Source: Craspedostauros australis (taxonomy: Eukaryota). Taken from it: a stretch of DNA of 32,615 nucleotides. Below, piece by piece: positions 10,771 to 22,234 of this stretch. The stretch spans positions 1-32,615 of the forward strand of contig JALAGF010006212.1 of NCBI GenBank assembly GCA_030167865.1. Direction: 5' to 3'. The notes under the pieces were generated by a model, which saw nothing but the letters and a program-made list of their open reading frames with translations, was not told where the DNA came from and did not search any database. The stretch's first letter is position 1. Each line of letters opens with the position of its first letter. The translations under genes and the position numbers were made by a program.

Positions 10771-11505
10771 TCATCTCCGCTTCGCGATCACGGGCGCCAC
10801 CGACACATGCAACCGATACCGACTATGCTTCGTGATGAACAATTCCACCTGCTCCGGCGACGTCGTGGCGCGGTCCACCTCCCAATCGCGCAGCTCGTCT
10901 TCCTGAAAGTACAGATCCTCACGATCGGCCTCCGGCGTCCGCGGCCGGTACGCCATGAGCGTGACCATGGGCTCGGCAAATCGCACGCGCTTGAACTGCC
11001 TCCGTGCGTGCTGGCTCATGCTGCGCGTCGATAACTCCGTCACGACGGTCTGCAACGATCGCAGCGCCGCGGGCCGTTGCTTTCGAATGTAGGACGCAAA
11101 GGTCTGTTCGGGAATGCGTTGCCTCGATTCGATCATGGCGGCGCGCGCATCGTCGGTCGTGTCGCGCGTTTCGTCCTCGATGGTCGGTGGTTTCGTTCGT
11201 TTCGGCGTCGTCTTCCATTCGATGATCGTGCTCTTTTTTCGTATGGGTTTGCCGAAGACGCCATCGAGCTGTCGCTTCCATGATAGCAGCTGTGGTGAAT
11301 TGCATCCGACGCTGACGAGGAACAGCTCGTCGTCATGCTTCAATTGGTACAGCGTCGAAGGGGATACATCGAAGGTGGGCGTTATTGACAGATCCTCCGT
11401 TCTGTATGGCTCTTCGTGGTTGTAATTATTGTCGGGGAAGGCATGGTGGTCGTCGCGCTCTTCCGGCAGGTTGGGTAGATTGTGCGGTATCCTCATTCCC
11501 GCCAT
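10771..11505 (-). CDS. Hypothetical protein (244 aa) with KRVRF putative PP1-docking motif
   Basis: Likely ATG at 11505 (MAGMRIP); the upstream in-frame sequence is microsatellite-like UTR. C-terminal KRVRFAEPMV...RPRTP...DLYFQEDEL block; coding-like codon usage. Confidence 0.65.
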   Translation of the reverse strand: MAGMRIPHNLPNLPEERDDHHAFPDNNYNHEEPYRTEDLSITPTFDVSPSTLYQLKHDDELFLVSVGCNSPQLLSWKRQLDGVFGKPIRKKSTIIEWKTTPKRTKPPTIEDETRDTTDDARAAMIESRQRIPEQTFASYIRKQRPAALRSLQTVVTELSTRSMSQHARRQFKRVRFAEPMVTLMAYRPRTPEADREDLYFQEDELRDWEVDRATTSPEQVELFITKHSRYRLHVSVAPVIAKRR

Positions 11506-12963
11506 GATTGCGTCTGATTGCGTTTGATTGAGTTGTCTGTGCTGATTGGGGTGGACGGGAGGGTGAATGGATGGATGAATGAATGAGGTGGCTATCTCCG
11601 TTTCTCTCTCTCCTTCGGACTCTGCTTCGAACTCTGCTTCGACTCCACACAATGAGACTCTCTCAATACACTCTGGCCAGAAGGTATGACCTGTGGATGC
11701 AGCCGACGAAGACTGGGATGGATGGTTTGTGAAGGTGGTGGGAATGTGAAGCATGTGGTGGTTCACCTGTTTCTGCGGATGGAATGGGAAACAGAGGAGA
11801 GTAGAGCAAGGCAGAGAAAGGTAGAGCAAGGTAGAGCAAGGAAGAGCAGAGCAGGATAGAACGTAGTCCTCCAAAGAACAATGGCGACACCTCAATCGAA
11901 CACGTCGGTCTTAAGATGTGTTGAGCTGTCTTGGTGTCAGTGAAGACCAGAACACAACACAGCATCATAGTAGTCATGGTCTGACTGCGGATCAAGTGGA
12001 TGCAGTTGTGTTGGAGTCACCCATTCTCATCATCGTCAAACGCAAAAAAAAACGAAAATCGCCATGTCGGCAAAAAGATCTCGAAGTGCGGCAGTTGGAT
12101 CGGACCGTTGGTGTGGTCGTATGAGTCATTTACATGCGTTTCGCACGCCAGCGTGTATTCTCGGAGTTTTTCCGTGCGCGACGAGATTTCTCACGTTTGG
12201 TGCTGCGCGCAAACATGATGTTTTATCGGATGGACTGCGTCTGTCTATGATGCATGGTGCCTACTCCGTCATCGAAGTTGGCTTCACATTGGGTAGAATA
12301 GTAGAGAGATGATGGATGACACTCTTGAGATGGTCTATCGCAAGCCATCCATCGTATTATATAATACTCTATCGCACGCTGCTGTCTGCCTTCGGAAAGC
12401 AAGCATCTTCGAATGCGTTTCTGTCTGTCGTCCCAGTTACTGTATTCAATCAATTGACCCCATCAGATGAAAGAGAGTGTTGGACCATTGGAGACAACAA
12501 GCTAAAATCTGCATTGAATGAACAGCACTCCTGTGCTTCCTCTAATCTCCAATCGTCCTATTCTACAACGAAATGAAATGCACAAGATGTTGGCATTCCC
12601 CGTTCACGCGGACGCCGGCAAAGTTTGCCTTCTTCGCTATTTACACCACGTGAATCTAGCGATGGAAGACGAGCGATACAAAGTACTTACGAAGTCTCTG
12701 TTGTCGTGTTGGTGGGAACTGTATTCGAACGGATCGTTTTGGCGGTTGTTTTGACAGGTTTCAAGCGGATTCAAATTCGAGATCTCGTTCGCCTGCCCGC
12801 CTTGGCAACGAACAAAAATCAATGCTTCTCGCTTCTCTGTCTGTGTTTGTGTGGACAACCAAAGTCGCAAGTGCATCGTTGCAAACGACGTGAGATGTTC
12901 ACAAAGTCAAACGAGGACGCAAACGCATCATAGACAGCACAGAATACCACACACAGCTGAACC

Positions 12964-14478
12964 ATGGAGCGGTAAGTCAGAGACGACCATGGCGAACGAA
13001 AGAATGTGCGGCATGGAGTGTGAAGGCGGCGCAATGGTGGAACGCGACACAACAGCACGTCGTATCGTGTGGCATCGCCCGCATCAGCATTGGAGAACGA
13101 AGCAAGAACAACGCAGCGATGCAACATGGCGCCAACCATGCCATCAGGTGAAGAGAGGTTCTTCCACCGCACCTGAAGGTGTTTGAATCAACCTTGTGAG
13201 ATGGAACCAAGCGGTCATGGTAGCAAAGACAAGACGCTTGGAACCGTCCAACACAGGACCACAGAAAACAGGGAAGGAATTGACCATGGCCATGGCCAAG
13301 AGCTGCGGCGCCGGTGGCCAATGATCAAGTCACGAAGAAAAGTGCGGAAAAACTGTCCGCTGCGGAAACTACAACCAATCTTCCGCGATGGCAGTTTCTT
13401 GCACCTCTTCTTGATCCCATACTCGCAGGTTCTTCGTCGCTCACTCCAACGATCTCCCCTTCCTCTTCTTTCATCTCCGCACACCCAAACAACGGATCGC
13501 CATGTGACACAATGCAACGCAATGAATCACGATGGATCACAATGTAACGACATTCATACCGTTACCAACGTTGCCGCCAACGACCACAGCTATCAAAAGA
13601 TCGAGAAGCCGGATTCCGCGCTTGGAGAAGGAACGTACGGAGTGGTGTACAAGGCCCGCGATCGTCAGACAGATGAGATCGTGGCCCTCAAGCGCATCCG
13701 CCTCGAGGTGGAGGATGAAGGAATCCCATCCACAGCCCTGCGAGAGATCTCCCTGCTTCGTGAGCTCAGGCACGAGAACGTTGTTGACCTCAAGGACTGC
13801 GTCCAGGAGGCAGGCAAGCTGTATCTCGTGTTCGAATTCCTTGACAAGGACTTGAAGAAGTACATGGAGGCATGCGACGGACTCATTTCCCCCATCCTCG
13901 TCAAGTCCTACCTCTTCCAATGCTGCAGAGGTTTGGCATTCTGCCATGCCCGTGGCGTCATGCACCGCGATCTCAAGCCGCAGAATCTCCTCGTCACACG
14001 TGATGGACGCCTCAAGCTGGCAGATTTCGGTCTGGCCAGAGCGTTCTGCCCACCCATCAGACCGCTCACCCACGAGGTCGTCACACTGTGGTACCGCCCA
14101 CCAGAGATCCTTCTCGGATCGCAAACGTACGCACCACCTGTCGATGTCTGGGCAATCGGAACGATCTTCGTCGAGATGGTCACCAAGCGCCCCCTCTTCC
14201 CAGGAGACTCCGAGATCGACCAGCTCTACAAGATCTTCCGACAGCTCGGAACGCCAACGGATGAGGTCTGGCCAGGCGTCACGCAGCTGCAGGACTGGAA
14301 CCCTGCCTTCCCGAAATGGTACAAGAAGCCATACGGCCAGAATGTCACAAGTCAGCTGGATCACGTCGGGCTCGACTTGCTGGAACAGCTCTTGGCGTAC
14401 GCACCAAAGGACCGTATCACTGCCAAGGACTCATTGAACCACCCATACTTTGATGATCTGGACAAGGAGAACATCTAA
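12964..14478 (+). CDS. CDKA2: Cyclin-dependent kinase, PSTALRE type; join(12964..12971,13590..14478), 298 aa
   Basis: ATGGAGCG|GTAAGT...CACAG|CTATCAA splices to MERYQKIEK. Kinase motifs [29 protein letters not shown] and [10 protein letters not shown] are present. PSTALRE is the hallmark of diatom CDKA2. Confidence 0.92.
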
Positions 14479-14876
14479 GAGGCACAGCACAGCACAGCAA
14501 TTCGATTGTGGTTCGTGGCACAGATTGAAATGACCAAACGCACTCGGACGCAGCGAAAAATACCACCACAAGGGACATCACCACGAACCACTCCACTGTA
14601 CTACTCCACACGAATGAGGACCATATGGCATCACCATGAGGCTGCGCTGCTCTTCCATGGGAAACGGATCAACAAGAGACGTGCCGCGGCACATGAGCCA
14701 ATTTGATAGACGCAAAACATGAAAATGAAATCAACAAACATACTCGTGATCTACTGCAGCCCATTGTGTATGATACAACTTGGTGGATTCGCATCCATGT
14801 CTGTAATAGATGGCGATGGCTTGCAGTGGCTTGGTGTCAATATACGGCCTCGGTGCGTGCAAAGTACAGTTGAGGA

Positions 14877-15986
14877 TCAAACGATGACGAGTGCCTTGTC
14901 CTTGTAGTTAGGATGGCGGTCTTTGTAGGTCTCGAACAACCGCTTTACTTCCCTCCTGTAGACCCTATGCCAGTGGTTGACTTGATGCGGGCGTGGGTTG
15001 GGCAGGTACGGCAGCCCCAGCGGTTGTCCCGTCACGTGCAAGAGCTGCAACGTAATGGAATGCAATGCAATGCAATTCAATACAAGGCAAGGTCAGTGAT
15101 GAATCGAACATACTGCCAATAGACCGGGGTACATCAGAGACCATCGCTGTACGAGTAACAGCACTCCACGTACCTTCACATCCATCGGTATCGGCAGCCC
15201 CCACCGCCCCACGGGATACGTGAAGGGCATCTGCAATCCTTGCGAGATCTGCCGCAGAAACGTCCACCGCAGCGGACGATAACAGCAAGAGTTGCCAAAC
15301 AGAAAGACCGGCACGACATCGACGTCGGGACATTGCAAGGCCAACTTGATGAAGCCTTTGCGTTTCGTCAGGTACAGCGTCTCGTTGGCCTCAAAGACTT
15401 CGTCCGTCGCGCCGATCCACAACGACACGCTGCGGCGTTCCAGCAAGGTCTGCAGCTGGACGGGTTGCAGAGGAATGCATCCGAACAGACCCAGGACGTG
15501 CTTCAGGATGGGCGTCTGCAACGCCATGCGCGCGACGGCCAGCGGCGGCGCGTCGGCGTTTCGCAGATAATAGCACAGCGTCGTGAAGGGGACCATGCCG
15601 TGCGGGCATGCCGCGAAGATGTATCGTTGCTTGCCCGATTGCAGGACTTCGCGCAAGTTGATGGGCGTGGTTTCGTGGTATTCTTCGTAGTCGAAATAGT
15701 GCAGCATGGAATGGAAGAGATGATGGCGCCAGAAGGGAGACGCTCGGATGGGCAGAATGAGGCTGATGAGCATGGGCACCCCGAAGACGAGGACGGTGCG
15801 CAGCAGGTGGTGGTTGTCCGTGCAGAACGGGAGGAGGCAGATCAACAGGACGAAGTGGATGGGTCGGATGTAGTACATGATGCCAAAGAGCGTGGCCATG
15901 AACATGCCAACATAGAAGGAAGTTGGCTTGTCATCGCTGCTGTTGTTGTTGCGTGTCACGCGGGGGCCGTACTGGTTGGGTGCCAT
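14877..15986 (-). CDS. DGAT2: Diacylglycerol acyltransferase type 2 family; complement join(15174..15986,14877..15044), 326 aa
   Basis: N-terminal TM segments, YF motif, CPHG (HPHG-like), RKGFIKLA, VVPVFLFG and GRWGLPIP. A 129-nt intron (GTACGT...TTGCAG, 15173-15045) joins in frame to LLHVTGQPLGLP...H..Y...VKRLFETYK. Confidence 0.85.
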
Positions 15987-16413
15987 TGCTATTGCCTTTG
16001 CTTTTGGTATTGTTGCCGTGATTGTTTCATGGAGGCAAGCTATTACATGTACGGGTCCGGATGCGTGACTCTTCTGTGGTTTGGAGTGGTTTGGTGTCGT
16101 CACATCCAATGAATGAAGAGGCGAAGGTCAATGTTGTGAGTTCTGGATCTTTGCGGAGCGTTTGGAGACAATGAGACGCACGCGAAGGACCTAAACCCAA
16201 CACATCACAGTGCCAACTCCTCCATGGAGAGTGTACCTACTATTAGCACAGTCTCCACTGATACCAGGCTGTTCGTCGCAGTACCATACAATCACAGTAA
16301 TCAACCTTCACCATGTCATACCGCATCTTAGTATTAGAGAACAATGGCTACTCTACTCGTAGATACATGAAGTCGAGTACTCCAGAACACTGCACCCACT
16401 CTCATGTCTCTAC

Positions 16414-18487
16414 CTACAAACCGCACAACTGCATCAACGAGAAGACCTGCGCGAATGGCTTGGCAGCGTCCGTCAACGGCGCGTTGCCTGGCCGGATGCT
16501 CATGATGGGATGCCCGATACCGGCCTCCTGTGCCGCGACGAGCTCCGCCTCCGCATCGCTGACAAAGACGATCTCGGACGCATCGACCTGCAGACTCTTG
16601 GCGATAGCAGCGTAGGACGTCGCCTGCTTCTTGTTGCCCGACGTGGAGATATCGAAATGCGATGACAGGTACTCGGTCAGATCGCCTTGCGACGTGTTGC
16701 CAAACAGCAACTTCTGCGCCTGCACGCTGCCGGAGCTGTAAATGTGGACGTGCACGCCCTGCGCCTTGCACCAGTGCAGCAGCGGGACGAAGTCGGCGTA
16801 GATGTGTCCCTTGAGCTTGCCGGATTCGTACCCCGCCTTCCACAGTTTGCCTTGCATCGATTTAAGGGATTGCAGCTTGAAGTCGTTCTGCACCATCAAT
16901 CGGACCAGGGCGGGCGCAGATTTGTCGGACATGCCGTCGTACAGGTCCGGCGCATGACCCTGCAGGTCCTTCGTCAAGGCGTCCGTCAACTCCTTCAGCG
17001 CGTCGGTCGTCAACGTTTGGACGTACTCGTCGATGTTGTCCACCACGAACGGGAAGAGCGTCTCCTTGACGAAGGAAATGGCGGTCGTGCAGCCCTCAAT
17101 GTCGAGGAGGAGATGCTTTGCGTCGCGCGGAAGGATGGGGACGGCGTTGCCCGCCAGATCCTGCGCATTGTCGGCCTGGCCCATGCCGTTGAAGCCGTTG
17201 GCGACCTTGACCTTCTTGGCTGGTGGTTCCGCAGATGTTTCGTCCTTCGAATCCTCAATGCGGTACGTGCCGGCCGTTGGCTTCTTGGATAGATCGATGC
17301 CCATCTTGTGCAGCTCGACAGCGGATTGGAAGAGGTAATCGAACGATTCGCATTGGGTTTTGGCTTGCTGTTGTCGTCGACGATGTTGTTGAGGATGGCA
17401 AATGTTGAGTTGGCGTGTATGACTTGTTCGTGATAGATAAATGGAGTACAATACATGATTCTGATCAACCTGTCTCTGTACCACGTGGTTGATCATGTCT
17501 CCAGCTGAGGAGTTCCACGCTATCCAACCGATCCAACGATCCACGCTATCCAACGATTCAACTCCTACCCAACCCGCAAAACAAGGTAGGCATGTCACAC
17601 GGTCACAAAATACTCCGGAGCACTCTCCAAGAAACAGACGCCACCATTTGTTCCAGAAATATCCGCAGACGATGGCGACTCACCTCCCAGGAATCACCCC
17701 ACACGTAAACACCATGCCGGCGAACCAAAACACCATTGCACTTGGGATACTTGACCAAAGCCTCTTCCAGCTGCGCCGCCAGTAGATCCTCCGACGGACG
17801 ATTGTCAATGATGGGCACCTCCAGGAGATCATCGTAGGCGTGATTTCCAACCCCCTTGAGCATCTCCAAATGCGTGAGCTTGAGCGTCTTGGACGTCTCG
17901 GTGGGGTCGAGAAGCGTCGCCATCTGACCGTAGATGGAATGCGTGTGAATGACGGCCCGCGCGTTGGGACGATGCTTGTAGACGACGTACCACAACGGCG
18001 TGCAGGCCGATTGTCGCAGATTGGGCGTCTTGGGTGGCACGACGACCTTGCGGTCCATATCCAGCTCGAAGATGTCGTCGCCGATCATGTCCTCCTTCTG
18101 AATCCCGGACGGCGCCACGAAGACGCGCCACGCACCGGGACCGCCCACGCGGATGCTGATGCCGCCGCCCGTTCCCGTGGCCCAACCGCAACGGTAGAAC
18201 TGCTCGCACAGCTGGGCGATCAAGGCGCGCACGGCCTTGGCTTCGTCGCCCGGCGATTCCGTCAGCGCCTTTCCCGACGACGAGAAGCTCGTACGGTGTG
18301 AGAACTGGTTATCATCCTTGCCGATGCGCGACCAGCTCGACGTCAGATGCAGCCATCTGCGTTGCGCGGAGTACAGCTGCAGCTTGCCATCGCGCGTGAT
18401 GGGGAACATCTCGGGGCGCAGGTCTCCGTTGGACCAGCCCTGGCCAGGGGCGTCCGTGTCCATGGCGGCGTTTTCGGTTGATGACAT
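16414..18487 (-). CDS. Bifunctional methylthioribulose-1-phosphate dehydratase / enolase-phosphatase E1 (MtnB-MtnC fusion); complement join(17684..18487,16414..17367), 585 aa
   Basis: MtnB motifs GWATGTGGGIS, APSGIQKE, SACTPL, AVIHTHS and LVRRHGVYVWGDSWE. A 316-nt intron (GTGAGT...CAG) joins to QAKTQCESFDYLF. MtnC HAD motifs LLDIEGCTTAISFV, IYSSGSVQAQKLLF and FVSD follow. Confidence 0.93.
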
Positions 18488-19034
18488 CGTCGAGGCGGGC
18501 GGCAGGATCTTTGGGGATGAGTTTGATCTGACACGAGAGTGATGAATGATGAAGGATTATGTGATGCAATGACACAGTTCTGCTTTTTGTGTGATGGACA
18601 ACAATGATGAAAGTGCGTTGAGTATCTCTGTGCGCGATACGAATCTTTTTTGCGTTGAGTGCAGCACAAACAAAACCGTTGAGGCCATTTCGCGCGAACG
18701 TGAAATCGAATGAGTCACATCGGGTCTCTCAGGTCGTTTCAAACGTGGACTATCCCCAGAATCAGACGTGTACCTTTGACATGTCCGCGATCTTCCAAGG
18801 ACCGAAATTGACACGAACCGAACCCACGACGCTTCCCGCCAACAAAGACGATCGTGGACACGCCACAACTGCTCATGGCCATACCGCACAAGCCACAAAC
18901 GTGGAGAACAACGAAAGAAGCATCGCAGGCGGCTGTGTTGATCCACGATCAGAACAACAGCAGCAACAGTATCACTCCTCGTCTCACACCCTTTCTTCCT
19001 GTTGGTTTCCAGTGCATTCGTCTCCTGTGCATCG

Positions 19035-19889
19035 ATGCGGACGAGCCTTGCCTTGAAACGCTGCATCCCACTCTTGCTTGCCTCATCACGGCCTCTGCCA
19101 GCCACATCGTTATCTCCATCACGATCACATCCGCACTCGTACTCGTACTGGTACGATTACGTTCGCTCCCTTCGATCCTCGAACGCCTTGTTCAGCCACA
19201 ATAGTCGGTCCAACCCATCAACGCAACTCAGCATGTCTCAAAAGGAGGACGCCAGTGCCACAGATGGCAATGGTGACGCCGACAAACTCCCCCGCATCGA
19301 CAGCGTGACACCCATCGCCTCCACCAAATGGCTCTCCCTCCAAACAATGGACTACACCGACCAGGAAGGCAAGCCCCGCAAATGGGAACTCGCCACGCGC
19401 ACGACGAAACAATCGACCGAAACGGCCGACGCCGTCGTCATCGTGCCCATCCTGCGCAAGGACAACATCTGCGACACTCTGCTGGTCGAACAATTCCGTC
19501 CACCCGTGCGACAATCGACGATGGAATTCCCGGCAGGCCTGATCGACAAGGACGAGAGCCCCGAGAATGCGGCGTTGCGCGAATTGCGCGAAGAGACGGG
19601 GTACGTCGGAGAGAAGTGCACGGTCGTGCCGCAAGTCAGCCGGCAAGTCTGCATGAGCCCGGGATTGTGCGATGAGACGGTGCACGTTGTCATCGTCGAG
19701 GTGGATCTCGACAATCCCTACAACCGCGGCACGCCCGAGTTAGATCTCGATGACGGCGAGTACGTCACGGTGCATCGCGTGTCGTTGAAGGAAGGCATGC
19801 GCAAAGTGCTGGATGGTGGTTCGGCCATGCCGATCGAAGGCCTGTACTTGTTTGCGGTCGGGTTGGAGTTGGGTATGGGTATGAAGTGA
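19035..19889 (+). CDS. Nudix hydrolase, ADP-ribose pyrophosphatase (NUDT5-like)
   Basis: LVEQFRPP, EFPAG, Nudix box GLIDKDESPENAALRELREETGY, MSPG and LDDGE. Start is ATG 19035 (Ser/Arg-rich extension) or ATG 19233. Confidence 0.9.
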   Translation: MRTSLALKRCIPLLLASSRPLPATSLSPSRSHPHSYSYWYDYVRSLRSSNALFSHNSRSNPSTQLSMSQKEDASATDGNGDADKLPRIDSVTPIASTKWLSLQTMDYTDQEGKPRKWELATRTTKQSTETADAVVIVPILRKDNICDTLLVEQFRPPVRQSTMEFPAGLIDKDESPENAALRELREETGYVGEKCTVVPQVSRQVCMSPGLCDETVHVVIVEVDLDNPYNRGTPELDLDDGEYVTVHRVSLKEGMRKVLDGGSAMPIEGLYLFAVGLELGMGMK

Positions 19890-22234
19890 GTATGTGAGTG
19901 CATGGTTCAATGCGGAGCTCTGACTGTCCAACAGACCGGAGAGACAAATTTGGATTGAAGTAATACGAAATAAGACAGACACAGTCACCATCCAAACCAA
20001 TGTTCATCCAGAAATAGAAATAGAAGTACTCGGAGGTCAAACCCTGCACTCTACTATTTGTACTCGAACAGTTATCTCAAGATGAAGTGAAGACCTTGAA
20101 TCCTCCAGCCATGGCTGCGACACTCTCTATGTTTATCTTCTATGGAACGAGTATCATAAATCGACTTCTTTTCCAGTGTGTTGGCCCTGCAGACCCATTC
20201 AGAACATTGTACTCGTCGTTTTACAGGGGCGGCGGCGGCAAGAGAGAGTGCGAGCGGACGTGCCGTGGCTTGCTGAGACGTAACTGGACTGATCCGTTGA
20301 CATGACATGTGCAATGGCCATCCATCCTTTGATGGCTGTTGGTCACGGTTTGGTTCCGACTTGAACGCGCTGCTTTATGTGGCGCCATGCTAGAGCGACA
20401 TCAATCCTGGGTGCGATGAGAGTAGACAAGCGAAAGAAGAGACAACAAAGCTGCGGTGAGTGAACACTCATCTTCATGTCTTTTGTTGCAACGTCAACAA
20501 TCCGTTCGGAATGAAGACATGCGTATTTGAATGTCACGAGCATTCGACACGGTCCAATAATTGCGCAATATCTGTATTGCGCTGGGATGGAACGATTCCT
20601 ATGTAGCTCGACTGATGCGTTCTTGGCTCGCCTATGGCAGAGGTTTCACAATCTATAAAAGTATTGCATGGTCTATGGGAGATGAAGTTGTTGCATCATC
20701 GTAAAAGACGATCCTCCATGGCAGTAAGGTAGCCTTTGGTTTGGTTTTGTGAGTGCGTGTGAATGTGCGATACACACGACGGTGTTGCAAACTGCTGGCT
20801 GTTCGACGGACCTGTAAATTGCAATTATCAAGCTTGGCATCATCTGCACTGTCTGAATCCTGAGCGGATGCACTGCTGCTGCGTTGCTTCGCATTTCTCT
20901 CATGAGACTGTTGTGTCCGGCGAGTTGGAACAAGGAAAAAGGAAGATCGCAGTGAGGGAACATTGCGTTCGTGAAATGTGCATGCTTAAGGGAGCACAAT
21001 TCTCTGCTGCTGCTGCTATAAGGACTACAAATGGCTGAGAGCATGATCCACCGTTCATCTCCCTCAGAGAATACAAACACGATGCTAATCGGCATTTTCA
21101 ATTACAGAATACGACAGATTTCAGCAAGAGTTTTCATCACTGGGAGATGTAGCTGTTTTGCGTTTCTGGGTGGAGATTTCAATGGCACATCATTGCACAT
21201 TGTTGACTTACAGTGAGTGATCATGGTTGCTGCATCGGACCAAGAGGCCTCCACCGAAAGAATCTGCGTCATTCTTTCATTCTGTTTGGCTGATGCATTG
21301 AGGGAGGAGGAGAACAGATAGAGGAAGCGATGAGCACAAATCAAATGTTGTGAGAAACGCAGCGCACCACCAGCAGCATGCAGTACAACGAAGCAACTGA
21401 TGATCTCCACAACCACAGCTTGGCACCCACATCTCTCCCACCTCCAAACTCTCAAATAATACATGCGATTTTTTGTCTACAGCATCCTTCAGATAGAGCT
21501 AATAATTGTTGGTTTTCCTTGAGTTGTTGTTTGGGAGAGGCGTACTCGTACCAGTAGGCATGGGTGTGGCTCGTGGTGGCAGTGGCAGCAAAGGCAACAG
21601 CAGTAGCCTGGCTCACGCTGACCGAAGGATCATCATCCGGCAAGTGGTGGAATTGAATACGCGTAGAGCGCTCAACATACCTTGTTCGCCATGGGGAGGC
21701 GTGCGTGAACGTGGTGCTTCCTTCAGGTCATCACGACGATACTTGACGATGATGACAATCGTATGACGCGCATGTTGGTTGGCAATCAAGAGCAAGTGGG
21801 ATGATTGTAGTCTTCCCCTGAACTTGTGCCATCGTACCGTGGTTGGCCTGTGGTGGCATCACAACGGTCATCATGATGGGATGGGCAAAAGGCGATGGCT
21901 CTCTTGGTGTGTTGATGGATCCTTCGTCTATTTCCCCCTCATCTTTTGTGTGGTCAGTGAAGATGTCTGTATGTCGTCCGTGCAGATAGTCCAGAATATG
22001 GAATGTAGAGCGATGTTTCATATAAAAAATCACAAACAGTCAAGCTGCACTGGGAGAACGACGTTCTTGGCGGACAATGCAACCGTGATGAGTCCAGCTA
22101 TGTGATTTATTCATTAAACTATAACATTATATAATATACTACAACAGTATACATGCATTCTAACATTCCAACACTCGCGTTAGCACGAAAACACAACATG
22201 AATGGCACAGCTGTGCGGAGCGCGCCGCTGATGA

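Noticed and set aside
19900..22150. Short ORFs in a 2.2-kb intergenic stretch (likewise 3150-4250 and 11900-12950)
   Set aside because: No recognisable motifs, codon bias or consistent splice pattern. A degenerate gene or ncRNA cannot be excluded without searches.
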